A stretch of DNA of 63,855 bases, filler included, from Reticulomyxa filosa (GCA_000512085.1; 15 parts of 15 records of this genome joined end to end with filler, not necessarily neighbours in it), one strand, 5' to 3'; positions 22,291 through 35,370 are shown, numbered from the whole stretch's first letter. Translations and numbers: made by a program. Notes: generated by a model from the letters alone, not told the origin.

Positions 22291-24913
22291 CAATCTAAAA
22301 ATATACTTATAATATTATAGAAATTGGCATTGGACACAAACAAGGCGAGCTGAAAGACAAAGGCAAAGTGCAAATCTCAGACTGTCAAATACTTCAGACG
22401 AAGAACTTGAATGTGGATCAACTACTTCAATTCAATTATTTATTTATACTATTTGATTGGTGAATATATAAAGTGAATCATTTGCAAGAATTAAGCGATA
22501 CACGAGATTCAATGGCACAATACAATACATCGATAATATGCTTCTGACAGCATCTACAACTCTACTCAATATACAGACTATTCGTTGGCTCAAAAAAAAA
22601 AAAAATACAATCACCAGTGACAATATCGCATCATCAGTTCAATTGATAAAAATTCATCTGAATATTCGTTGTTGAACATATGGTGCTGTGAACGTGAAGT
22701 ATTCCACAAAATTGATATTTACATTTTTACAAGTCGAAAGCCGCCTCTAATATATAATATCGAAACAATGCAAGACCAAATTCTACATTTTTATCATCAT
22801 CAAAGGGAACGCCGGCGTAATGGAAAGGACAACAAGTTGATGTGAATTGGGGACAAGTGGTTACTTTAATCTTTTTTCAATTGTCTTCGATTGATATACT
22901 ATTTTTGTACATGTATAGATTTCAAATAACAAGAATATTAAGTCATTAGAGATTATGAATATTTCGTTCCGACAGTTGGCATGTATACATACTCCATTGC
23001 TGACCGCGTTATTGTTAAATTGAAGCATGGAACGGCTTATCATTGGCAGCAAATGATATCAGCACTATTTATGAGCAACATGGGCTCCTCAAATAGTAGT
23101 GCCACTTAACTTACCTTTTAAATAGTACTGCCACAAATAATAAAATCAAATATGGCTAATCGACTTATTAGCGTGGCTTCCAATGTATTAATACCGTCGT
23201 CAAGTAAATTTATCATTTCGCTGGAAAAGGCATGAATACAAATGTATTTAACAATGTCCAGAAAACAAAAAATCCAGATCGACTTCACAAGTTATCAATT
23301 AGCATACGAGAGGTAATCCGCAAATTACATCAACGATCAAAATGCACCCCGTGTTACGAGTAAATACCAATGATGATAAAGACGATGTGCTCTGTTTGAA
23401 GGTATATATTGTCTTTATCATATTTTAAGTTGTCGTAGCATGTCTTGATCAAAACAATGTAAACATGGGTCTTTTCATTGTAGAATAATGTACTTTAGGT
23501 TTGGAATGAAAGAAAGAGAAAGAGGAAAATAACAAAAACAAGAATAAAAAGAAGGAGCGCAAAAAGAAGAAGAAGAAAAGAAAAAAGTATATTAAGAAAA
23601 GAGGAAAAATGTAGACATATTGGTCATGTCAAGAAATATAACAAGTGGCGATGAGTCGTTTAATGAGTGTAAATTATCGAGGAAAGAAAGGAGATAACTT
23701 GAGTGAAGATGGCCAACACAACAAATCACTGAAATGCTTTAACATGTGTTTCACCAAGACTATGAGTGATTATGGATGATATAATATACATATATGGAAA
23801 TGAAACACAAATGAAAATAGATTGTTATGTGCTTGCAATTACATAACAACGTTCAGATCAGTATGCATTACTTTCATTCGATAAGCTCCAACTCAACAAT
23901 GTACATAATCAACCAAATATCAGTCGTCGTCATTTACATGTATTTATGGTTATGCTATTTGTGAGCTCTCCCCCTCTAAATGTCGACAAACCAAAGATAC
24001 ATCAAAATATTTCCAAGACACAATTGAAGTTGATTTGGTGGAAAATATTAAATTGTAGTCAAGTAAGATTGGCAGGAGATAATTAGCCACATTAATTTGA
24101 ATACTTTTCAAAAGAAGATTGAAGTTAACAAAACATTGATTATTTTGTCTTTCTATCTAAACAATTTGTTGTTCATTTTTTGCAATAACTAGAATATGCT
24201 AAGTCCAAGAAGTGGAGATAATCGAACCACAAGAAGAAGACACGTTGAAGCAAAATTGCTGTCTTTGTGAGAGCGGAAGCGTCACAAAAACAACAAGGAA
24301 ATTGTCGTGCAAATGATATCCAAAAAATAATAATAATGTAATGCCTTCACGTAAACAATATTAACGGCAACGAAGCGTATAAAGAGATTGGTTCGGGAAA
24401 CAATATCGGGTGTGTCTATAATATTGGGATTATCATTTACACGTGGATCAAACACAAATGTGGTGGATCTTTCAAGGNNNNNNNNNNNNNNNNNNNNNNN
24501 NNNNNNNNNNNNNNNNNNNNNTTAATTAATTAANNNNNNNNNNNNNNNNNNNNNNNNNNNNNNNNNNNNNNNNNNNNGAAGGACACAAGCTTTGCGTATC
24601 AATGATGCCAAACTGCACTCCACTTGTAACACATTTTTTAATTTTTTTTATAATTTCGATTTGATAAATAGACAAAAAACGAAACAGCTAGACCACCAAA
24701 TTATTATAAGATAGTATTTATTTGAAAAAACTGGATGTTGTGCAACATTAACTCTCTGTTGATTGGATGATGTTTGATATGAATGTCCTCTGGACGCATA
24801 CTAAAAAAAATGGAACACTTGTTTTGTATATTTTGTAAAAAAAAACAAGTGGAGTCATTAAAACAAAATAACCATTCATTCATTTAAAGCTTTTGTGTCA
24901 ATTTTTTGTCCCC

Positions 24914-25376
24914 TTACTTCTGTTCTGACACAATTTTTTTCAACATAATCAATGAGTTCGACTCCATGGCAGCCATTTGTCCTTTAATAATAATTATAAC
25001 AATACAATATAAGTTATTATTATTATCATATGAAAATTTTTTTTTATTTTTAGACATACCCATGGTTTGTAATCATCAAATAATGTCACGACTAGGCATT
25101 TTTGGAGTAAATATGACGTCAGCTTGGTCACTGTCTTCAATGAAAGTGACGCTCTCAACTTTTGCATTGTTTGTTGCTTTTTCCATTTTTTGGTGGTCTA
25201 GAATCTATAGCAGGGTCATCAATGCACATCACTAATGTGTGGCATACATTTCAACAGAAAATGCTTTATCAGTTGCGTTCGTTGGATAAAAACGAACAGT
25301 GACACTAGAGGTAATTGTTCCTTGTTCAATACGTCCAGCGATCACACCACCAACTTCTTAATGTTGTAAACACCAC
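24914..25376 (-). pseudogene. Elongation factor-like (EFL/EF-1alpha family) remnant with internal deletions
   Basis: VYNI-KVGGVIAGRIEQGTI...VRFYPTNATDKAFSVEM...VTFIEDSDQADVIFTPKMP...GQMAAMESNSLIMLKKIVS*. A GT-AG intron is retained at 24982-25059; stops and frameshifts are present. Confidence 0.7.
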
Positions 25377-25394
25377 TAAATAGCATACTGAATT

Positions 25395-25450
25395 GTTTTC
25401 AATTCATCATCATAGTCCAAAGCAACATAGTACAATCTTTCCATTAAGAT
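25395..25450 (-). pseudogene. Short actin fragment
   Basis: Translates to RLYYVALDYDDELKT, compared with actin EKLCYVALD[FY]xxE. The match is short. Confidence 0.55.
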
Positions 25451-25928
25451 TTTCTCAATTATCCAATCTTGTGCTCGACAACGTGATCCACTTACTTGCC
25501 TAGCAATCCCTAATGTGTTTTTTGATTATTGAGTCAATATCTGATTTATGATTCTTTTATTATTTCTTTCTTCTTCTGTCCTTGAGACGACTTTCTAATG
25601 TCTTCAATCGTCTCTTTACTTCCATGCTTTGCTTCCAACGCTCTTCCACTTTTATTTTCTGGGAGCAAAGGCCATTAAGACTTTATTCTTTGTTGTCGAA
25701 AAGGCAGCATTACAGAAACGAACATAAAAAAACTTGAACTACATCCCCCCATCCAACACTTTTGGAAATTTTTTTTTTTTGACAAAAAGTGCTTTTTTAA
25801 AAAAAATTGGTCCAAAAATAACCCACAAATCACAAAAAATGACCCATTTCTGAAAAACCCAATAACGTCTCTTAATTATCATTTCTCATTTTTAGAAAAA
25901 AGACATTGGTATCATTTGACTGGATTGA

Positions 25929-26303
25929 TCAAACTGATTCATGTTCGTTTTTTTGGGTTTGACTCTTATTGTAAATATTTTTAAAAACACAACAAAAGTA
26001 AAAAATAGTAATACTGGCAACAGCAAAGAGCACAAACAAAATTGTAAGTAACAAGAATATCACGAGTGCAAATCCGTAGAAATAATGTGGAGCCATTACA
26101 AATGTATTCATATCTGATGTTACATTGCTATGGATCATCAATGTGCTTTCTTGTTGAACGCACCTTCGAAGTAATTGGGCCCAAGGTGTCACTGCTGCAC
26201 TTATCTGGTAAACGCCCTTTGTGCTCTGATTGTGCAAGCAGAATTGTTGAAGCAAGTATATAAGCATGCTTGGCATAACACCGAAAATGTTATGTCCTTT
26301 CAC
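25929..26303 (-). pseudogene. Possible glycosyltransferase (GT32/Och1-like) C-terminal fragment with TM helix
   Basis: NIFGVMP..., TLGP in a shifted frame, ...APHYFY, then a hydrophobic helix. Weak similarity only. Confidence 0.25.
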
Positions 26304-26569
26304 TCGGCTAGTTCTTGTTTTTTTGAATACTTAGATTGAACTAATAATTATAAATTAGACTATGTAATGCAATTCTCAAGTATTAATAAGGAAATAACCT
26401 GCTATCACCTTTAGGTGTCGAACATGATTCACGTCTTAGAATAAGTCATGTGAATTAAGACTATCCACCACAAACCAAATTTCGTTGTGTCTCTTCTGCT
26501 CTAACCGGTTTTCTTTAGTATGCCCCTTTTTTTGTGAAAATATTATATTATTACTATATCACTAAGTAC

Positions 26570-27115
26570 ATGCAAAGTCATCATAGCATCCATGACTCTG
26601 TTGTTGAAGGAGTCGCAAACGAAGCTAAGAAAGAATCGAATCCGATAGAGAAAGAGTCTGGACAGCCAGGAGATCCGAACGAAAACGGAGTGGAAGAAGG
26701 GAAGGAAAACCGGGGCTGGGTGACGCAATCAGGTTTGCTTTTTTTTTTTTTTTTTTTTTTTTTTTTGTTGACCATTGTTAGAAGATGAAATGTGAGAAAA
26801 ATAAAGAAGTGTATTGCATGAACAAGTGACAAGACAAGACAAAGAGGGAGAAGGAGCAGGGGACATTACCGATGGTAACAAAGAAGATGACACTAACAAC
26901 AACAACAATAATAACAATAATAATAAGGAGAACAATACTAACAATGGCAATGATGAAAACAATAAAAATGCCAATAAGATCGATAGCGGAGGAACACAAT
27001 CAAAAAAAGACAACAGTGCAAATGAGGAAAAGATAGTAGATGCAATGGCAAGGCCAGCACAAGCACAAGCACAAGTGCAAGCACAAAATGTAGTAAACAG
27101 AGAACAAGAGCCACG
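26570..27115 (+). CDS. Low-complexity acidic/Asn-rich protein, partial, spliced
   Basis: Exon-like ORFs 26534-26788 and 26814-contig end are separated by a GT...poly-T intron. Contains poly-N and AQ repeats. Confidence 0.5.
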
Positions 27116-27293
27116 NNNNNNNNNNNNNNNNNNNNNNNNNNNNNNNNNNNNNNNNNNNNTTAATTAATTAANNNNNNNNNNNNNNNNNNNNNNNNNNNNN
27201 NNNNNNNNNNNNNNNTTTTTTTTTTTTTTTTTTAAGTGGTTGACCCCCTTTTTTTTTCTACAACTCCAAACTCGTGACACTTTTTTTTTTTTT

Positions 27294-28600
27294 TTAAATG
27301 AAAGACTTGAGACGGTTTGCTGGTTGATGGGAGTTGACGACGATCTTTGGCGTTTTCCCTCGGAGGGAGGGGCCGAGCTTGGAAGAGGGCATCTGAGTCT
27401 GGACGAGTGATTGCGAACGGGGATGGTTCATAGTGGCCGAGAGACTGGCTTGATCGCCGGGAAAGAGGTTGGACGGGGTCACACTCAAGTAACTCGTCAA
27501 TGAGTCGGAAGAATCCATCGCATTGCCTATTGTATTATTGGCTTGCTCACTACATCGATCATCTCTTCCGCTGCTGCCCCTTTTCCTGTGTCCTTGTTTC
27601 TTATCTTCGCTGTCACTGCTGCTCGCGTACGTCTCTTTGTCCGATTCCGTCGACAGCTTTTCTAACAACAGTAGGCCTTCCGATCGGTTCTCCATCGCAT
27701 CGCTGATATACATATATACACATTAAACAATGAGGTTTCAATCCTTCAAAAAAAAAAAAAATGGTCAAACGTACCATTTATTATAAGAACATTCCATTAT
27801 ATACATAAATATTTTTATATACATATAAAATGTACATATACATATATATATATATACGTTATATGTAAATACTTAAAAACAAAACACAACGATTGATGCT
27901 GTTTCCTTCGTTGATTAGAAGCATTCAACGACGCAGACAAGTTTTTTCTTCGTCGATGACTTTTATCAGAAGACTTGGTAATTCGCGGATCCGCAAAGTG
28001 TTCTGACTCATCCAATTGTTTTTCAGCAAGAGGGTCTTCCAAATCTTTGTTCGCTCTGTCTTGTTGTTCCTCTTCATTTTCATTTCCTTTTTGATTTTGA
28101 TTTTCTTCGTATTGGGTTAAAAGCTTGCCTTGTGTCAACAGTGCCACATTATTGTGCGACGATCTTTGCGGTTTGGAACCGGCGGCAGCAGTGAACGCAT
28201 TGGAATGTGCGCCGAAATGGAGAAACGACTGTTCGTCGGCTTCGCTCTTGCCAAAGTATGTAATGTCGACGGTGGTATGAGTGATGCTGTCTGTCGGAGA
28301 AGAAGGGATAGTGCGAGTGCCAAGGCCACCAACACTACCCCCGGTCCTGGTGGCAATGCTGCCACCTGTGAAAGTGGGCGTTGTCAGGGCTGTCGGTGTG
28401 ATCGGCGTTCTGGGTGTTTTGGGCGTTGTCGATTGTGTCGCTGTGGCAATCGTTAAAAACTTGGACGGGATGAAGCGATAAAAGAGCTCTTCGTTTTTGA
28501 AATCATGGTCGTTGGTCACATGTGCAATTATTTTGTGTCTCACTAGTTGGCGTCCAATCGCTACTGCTTCACTTTGTTTTGTTTTAATATGTATATATAC

Positions 28601-28633
<33 letters not shown>

Positions 28634-29252
28634 TTTTTTATTTTAAAAATGTAATAATATACAAAAACCACATATACATATATATGTATATGTGATTTCG
28701 AAGTCATAGTAAGACGCAACCTGACAGACGAAGCGTGATTGGCATGGATCAAATATTGCACTGCTTGTGTGCCAATAAAACATTGGGGATAGAGCTTGAA
28801 ATGATATTGCCTATCTTTGATTTCAACGTTTTGGAAAACGTCGAAGGCGACCCGGGTCACTTCGGCCTGAGACCATTGCAGTGAGGGTGGCTCATGACAG
28901 TCATCGACAAACTGGTAGAACAGATACCCGTTTTTGTACTGATGCTCTCGCACCACGTGCTGGATTTTGCCCTTTTTCATCAGCAGGTTCCCCAATGCCA
29001 ATGCCTCTGCTTCGTTGGAAATTTCCAACTCGTCCTTGTGGCTCAACATCCACTTCACCGCCTCACTGCCGATCCAACAATTGGGGTATGTGTGAAGCCA
29101 CCATTTCCGATTCTTTACCTCCAGTCCTCGGCGCATCAATTGCAATACGTGACCCAACTCTTCGTCCGTTCGTTCCCACATAGTTTTTTTTTCTGTTGAG
29201 TATGTTTTCCCCCCGTGATATAATATTAGGCGTGCCTAATGTTATCGCCGCA

Positions 29253-29283
<31 letters not shown>

Positions 29284-29458
29284 TATGTGTATATGTAACA
29301 TAAGACATTTTTGAATATGTACACATCACTCAGCAAGAGGTTTGATTCTCTATTTGTCTCATGTTTAATAGATAGATGTTGTTTTTTCCTCTGATTCGAC
29401 AATAGTATTATTATTGTTATTATTATTATCATTGTTATTATCATTGTTATTATTATCA

Positions 29459-29496
<38 letters not shown>

Positions 29497-30375
29497 GTTA
29501 TTATTGTTATTATAATTGTAATTGTAATTATTGAAATTGCTACTCTTTCTCAGTTGAGTTTCGGTCGGTGTCAATGGCGCTTCGAACCCGCTACGTCTCA
29601 GTGTTTTGTACAGATCGTAGGACGAGATGATGGTCAAGCCACGAGAAGTTTTGCAAAAGACATTTGGGGCCACGCCTACTTTCGTGCCGTTGTCTCGGAA
29701 GGATGGGCTCAATTGCATGTCATGAACTGGGCTATGATCTTCAATTTGTTGACTGAACAGACTTTGAGCATTCTATATTGGGAGACAATTTTGTTATTAC
29801 CATACAAACTGTATAATTGCAAATATAAAAAAGATTCATATTTTTTTTAATGTCCAATTTAGTAATCATATACCTTTTATTTTTTATTTTTTTGTTAGTG
29901 TCTATCTCTATAAAGTTTACAATTTTTTTAAAAATAAATATTTATTTTTTTAATAAAAAATACAACTTTGTCAAAACATCCAATGCGTCCGTCGTCGAAT
30001 GAAATCAAAAGGATGTCTCTGTCGTCAATATAAATCCATCTTAGACATGTTATTTTTTTACGTGATTGGATCTTTTTTGCCTTTCCAATGCCTTGGATTA
30101 TCACATTGAAACTGCTTGTGTCTGCACTATAAGACAAGTACGCGAGTAATGTCAGGTCGTGGCTGAAACACTACTTGTTCAAAACACCACATTATTTTTG
30201 TATTTTTTTCTTTGTTTTTTTTATACTTGACATTCACAAAACAAAACAAAATACGAAGGAACTCTCAGTCGTTGAAAAAGTACAACAAAAAACAAAACAC
30301 GTCTGCTCTCACATGAAGTGAAGTTTTTATTGGAATTTGATGTAATAGCGGCTTAAGTCGAATTTGTGATTGCAT
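27294..30375 (-). CDS. Multi-exon protein with two tandem DEP domains and an N-terminal beta-propeller-like segment, partial
   Basis: DEP1: VKNRKWWLHTYPNCWIGSEAVKWML...EALALGNLLMKKGKIQHV...YKNGYLFYQF. DEP2, split by an intron: IKDRQYHFKLYPQCFIGTQAVQYL...SEAVAIGRQLVRHKIIAHV...FKNEELFYRF. The putative ATG at 30375 is uncertain and the 3' end probably runs off the contig. Confidence 0.8.
29405..29530. repeat. (AAT/AAC)n trinucleotide repeat encoding poly-Asn
   Basis: Direct inspection; lies within the DEP-protein exon. Confidence 0.9.
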
Positions 30376-30673
30376 CGGTTACTTGTAACAATTATTTATT
30401 CAAGATTTTTTTACTTTGAAAATCACCCGTCTTTGGTGACGGCAACTGAACTTTCTTTGTCACCAAGGGGGAAAGAGAGAACGAGAAAAGAACAAAGCAA
30501 AAAAAAAAAATCGAACATTAAGTATTGTGTATTATGAGTGCCATAGCCCCGAACAGATAGGATAAACGAAATGCTATAACTGTCTCTTCTTTATTAAAAC
30601 GAAGGGGGAAGGAAAAAATTCGTTTCGTTTTTTTTTTTGAAGAAAGGATTTTTTTTGAATTGGAGCCTTTGCA

Positions 30674-31211
30674 ATGCAAGTCACAGTGAGTAATTTTTGT
30701 GAATATGTTTATTTGTGTGGATCTGTTTTCCTCCTCTTCATTTTTCTCTGTATAAAAAAGTGTTTGAAATTACAACAAGTCAAAACAAACAAAAAAAAAG
30801 GGAACAAATCTACTGAAAGTGTACATAGAAGATGAAGAAGAAGATAACAAAAGCCCTTCACCAAGGTCAATAACGCCATCAAAGAGTAGTTGGAACGTAG
30901 TATCAAGTAGCATAAATGGGAAGAATGGAAGTAGAAGCGGGACAGGATCAGGAGGTGGGACCACTATGAGTGGAAGTGGAACTCCAACATTGCCTTCGAG
31001 CCATAGTTCAAACGCATTGCAAATGGAGTTGCGGCGAATGAACTCAGGGCCACTGACATCGAGTCAATGGACAGTGGTGCCAATAACACCCAAATCGACT
31101 GTGGAAGATGTGTTGAGAGCTGTCGCAAAAAAAAGAAATATGGAATATAAACAAGGAGAGTATATTTTAGTTATTACCGACACGGACAAAGATTCAACCG
31201 AATGTTTGTAA
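30674..31211 (+). CDS. 5' part of a protein with a ubiquitin-like Ras-association/Ras-binding domain
   Basis: WTVVPITPKSTVEDVLRAVAKKRNMEYKQGEYILVITD fits the beta2-alpha1-beta3 pattern of RA/RBD domains. Transcribed divergently from the DEP gene; the start is uncertain. Confidence 0.5.
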
Positions 31212-31489
31212 ATTTAAAAATGAATAAATGAACAAATGAATAAATAAATAAATAAATATTTATATTTAAATTTTACATAGATATGTATATATATATNNNN
31301 NNNNNNNNNNNNNNNNNNNNNNNNNNNNNNNNNNNNNNNNTTAATTAATTAANNNNNNNNNNNNNNNNNNNNNNNNNNNNNNNNNNNNNNNNNNNNATGT
31401 GTATATGTAAATTATGTATACATATGTGTACATATATGTATATACATAACATGTAAGTATATTTTAAAAAATACCTTTTCTATTGTTAG

Positions 31490-32160
31490 TTAATGCAATT
31501 CAATTACCAACGACATAATCACGAAGTTGTTGAGTAGTGTGTGTGTGTAACCATAGTGAGTTCTTGTACGATCTTGCACTTTCCAGATCATCGACTGCTG
31601 GTTCACATCATTGTTGTCTACAGGTGTGCCGTTGTCAAATTTTGCGAGTCGACGATTGTGAGTGATGGAATAGTTTTTTGCGATTTGGTTCAATGCAGCT
31701 TTGTTTATAAATTTGTTTGAAAACATATGCGAAGATGCTGGTTCGTGGTGTTTCTTTGTCACAATGTTGTCTTCATTCTGTTCGTCCAGCTGCTCAAAAT
31801 TTTCATAATCTGTTATCGTTATTAGTTTCAAGATACCTCTCACTTGAAGTACTCTGTGGTCTTGACACACACTCGACCATCGCTGTAGTGTTTCTACCAC
31901 TTGTCGAAATTGTAGTATCATATCTTTTTTTTTGAGGATCTCTTTTTTTGTCCAAATCTACTTTGGAGTATCTTGACTTTAAAGATGAATTGCAAACTTT
32001 GTCCACTCTTCACTATCAAGGATTCTACGGAAGAAGCCTTTTTGTTAAACTGCACTTTTTGATAAGATATTAGAGCTTTAAAAATAGAATAAATCATGTC
32101 TATTAATCCGATCTCCCACTCCTGGAATGTTCAGATATTATGATTGAAGATGTGCATGTT
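31490..32160 (-). CDS. Hypothetical protein, fragmentary
   Basis: Overlapping coding-like ORFs (31490-31921, 31803-32006) with no recognised domain. Confidence 0.3.
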
Positions 32161-33164
32161 TTGACAGTGTATCATCGGATTGATTGGTGTCATCTACCGG
32201 ATTTTCATCTGTTTCATTGTTTTCAGTATCAAATATTTTTTTCACTTATGATAATCCCAAAAAAAAAGATACAAATTGAATGATTGATAACTTTGTTATT
32301 CTTTGTTTTTTTTTTGGATAGTCAAGGTATTGAAGTATTAAACTCGAAATGTTTTGAAATGATTTTTTAGCTTTTTTTTATTTGGTTACAAAACAGCGAC
32401 AAAAAAACCATAAAAACATGACCTAATAAAAAAAGATTTTGGTAACAAAATTCTCATAAAAAAAACTAACACATACATTAACATTGAGAAACTTCGTTGT
32501 AACAATTGACCCCCCCTTGTTGTGATGATTTTTTGTAATTCCACGACTGATTATTATAGGCCATCAATTTCGATCGATGAACAGAATGTAATATTGTAAA
32601 CTTTATTTTTGATTATGAAAATAATGTATGATCAAGTATCTAATTTATTTATGAATAATTTCATGCATTATTCACTTTCAAAACAAACAAAAAAATTAAT
32701 ATTCTCACTTTGATTGTAAACATAGATATACAACATCAATCTGAATATTTCCAATCAGGAGAAACTACAATAGACAAACGTGCTTGTTAGGCCGCGATGA
32801 CAGCACCTTTTTTTTGAATGGTGTCATTTTGGGTGTGTTGGGTTTACACTGACTCTTTTCTTTCTTTTTCGGCAACTGTTGCAGTTTTGCAGAGGAGTAC
32901 ATTGGAGAAGGAATCCTTAAAAAGCAGCTCCATGTTGTATACTTTTGGCTTGTTAGATTGTTTGAAGAGAGAAGAGCCAAACTACATTCATAATGTTCAA
33001 GAACTTTTTCTAAAAAGGGAAATTTTTTTCTTTTCCAGAGAAAAGTCGTTACTCAAAAATGTAANNNNNNNNNNNNNNNNNNNNNNNNNNNNNNNNNNNN
33101 NNNNNNNNTTAATTAATTAANNNNNNNNNNNNNNNNNNNNNNNNNNNNNNNNNNNNNNNNNNNN

Positions 33165-33429
33165 TTCAATTCAATCCAATGGAAAGAATGGAAATCTTTG
33201 TGGTGGTGGTGGTGGTGGAAGTGGAGGATCAATATTTATTGAGTTGCAGTATCAATATCAAGATATTTTAAAACAAAATTTTGGAAATATTCAATGTATT
33301 GGAGGAAATCAAAGTGAAAAAAATGAAGGTGGAAGGGGAAGAATTGCAATTTATGGTATTAAATTATCCTCAAATGATATTAAATATATCATTCCAAAAC
33401 CATTTAATAGACTCTTCAAACATTATTAA
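33165..33429 (+). CDS. C-terminus of a glycine-rich-domain protein
   Basis: SIQSNGKNG...GGGGGGSGGSIFIEL...GNIQCIGG...EGGRGRIAIYG, the GGGSGGSI / GGxGRI pattern. 5'-truncated. Confidence 0.7.
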
Positions 33430-33639
33430 TGCAATGAAAAAATGTAATCCTTTATTTTGTTTTTAACAATTATTCAGTGAAACATTCTCAAAATTTGTAT
33501 TGTTTCTATTTGATATTGCAAACAATGATATCTGAACAATAGAAATGATAAAAGAAAATTACTTCATTAATTAATTAAAAAAATCAAACCAATCTAAAAA
33601 ATTTTGATATATGTTAAAAAATGATACTGTTTTCTTCTT

Positions 33640-34068
33640 CTTTATGTTGAGGATTCAAATTTTGAAGTAATTGTTTATAATCTTGAGTTAATTTGAAATT
33701 TTCCTCTTCCAATGCTTTAACTATTTTTTTTTATGATTAGATAAAACTTGTTTTTCTTTATCGTTGAAACCTTTTTTAATTATTTCAATATCTGAGCAAT
33801 TCTTGTTGATAATCTCTTTCCATTTGTTTAATTCGACTATCTTTCAATTGAGCTTCCTGTTTCATAGATTGTAATAATTGAGTAACCAAATCAATATGTA
33901 CTTCCATGTTTGCAGTTAGATGGCCTTTTAAATGTTGCTTAAAGCAAGTATGATTGCAACCAAACGGTTTAAACCACGGGGTTGTTTGTCAAAGCAGTAT
34001 TGGAGTGAAAGTGAAGATACTTCAGTCCTTACTTCATCTTTTGAGTTTTCTTCCTTTGCTTGCTTCAT
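33640..34068 (-). pseudogene. TRAF-type zinc finger + coiled-coil remnant
   Basis: WFKPFGCNHTCFKQHLKGHLTANMEVHIDLV followed by a coiled coil; frameshifted. Confidence 0.6.
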
Positions 34069-34304
34069 TATCTTTCGTGTGTTTTTTTATTTTATTAATA
34101 ATAGGCAGCCGAAACTTCAGTAAAAATTTTTGGAGTGAATTTCTGTCTAAGAAAATTTTTTTTTTTTAATTTTACAAAAACAGATGAGTAGATCAGTTAA
34201 AAAAACTACATGCAAATATGAATGGAATTATTGTTTTTGTAAAAACTCTGTTTTTAATGAATGAATATTAAATGTGAATGTAGCTATATTATTTTTTGCA
34301 AAAA

Positions 34305-34620
34305 TAGAAAAAGTATGGAAAATGTCCAATTCAACAATACGATCATTGCGAATTTGTGAAGAGCAAATCTTCGAGACAAGAAGTGTTAGGTTTATTGGTC
34401 ACATGCCATCGACAATATGATCTGAAGCAAAGGCAGTTAAGAGAATGGATAAAATCAAGAGAAAAAGAAGAGTGCGAAAATGAATGCAATTACAAAGGAA
34501 AAAGAAGTGAAATGAAAGATCATCTGGACAATTCATACCGATTGATTTCAACTCAAAAAATTATGTTATTGATCAAAAACCTACAATCTCAATTGCAAGC
34601 TGAAAAATTACAAACAGTTT
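34305..34620 (+). pseudogene. RING/TRAF-like zinc-finger remnant
   Basis: GKCPIQQYDHCEFVKSKSSRQEV...VTCHRQYD...ECNYKGKRSEMKDHLDNS. Paralogous to 41240-41525. Confidence 0.6.
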
Positions 34621-35370
34621 TGGCATTATGTTTGATTTTTTTTCAGTAATTTCAATTAATAAATAAACAAAGAGAAACATAAAAAAAAAAAAAAAGGAGG
34701 AATTAAGGAAAATGTATTTGAAAAGTAATGCAAAAATTGAAAAACTGAAAGAAAGTGATAACAAAAAAATTTGACATTCGCATCATCAAATTGGAAGACA
34801 TATTTCACACATCCAGACTTAATATAATAACAATAATCTAAAGATAAAAAGTTTCTCAAAGATTAACCTTCTTGTCAAAAAGAAATTTTTTTGATAGTTT
34901 ATTGAATCATATCTTGTCCACGTCAATAGTATCATTTTTTATTCTTGCATTTAATCCATTTTTTTCTTTCAGTTTTTATAATAGAATTGGCTTACATGAG
35001 ATCTAGAAAATAAAACTTTATGCTTATATTTGAATATAGTTATCTTCTCATAGAAGGATGAAAATGTAAAACGCATCCTTGATTAGTTCTAAACCTTTGT
35101 GCATCAAAAGTTTGTAAACTTTCGAGTTTTGCTAGTCTTGCAAATTTTTTATTTTACATTACAATTGCAATTGCAATGGCATTTTATAAAAGAAATCAAT
35201 TTTTAATATGCAAAACAAATTCTAATTACAATTTTCTCAAAAAATTTACAAATTATGGAGTATTAAATACATTTTACTTTTATTTCATTCAACTTGAATA
35301 AAAAAAGTTGAACATTTTTCATTTTACGTCATCGAAGACGATACAAGCGAAAAAACAAAAAAGTTGCAAA

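Noticed and set aside
25550-25730. XPA or ribosomal L24 fragment
   Set aside because: The similarity needs several frame changes and rests on Lys/Arg-rich low-complexity sequence.
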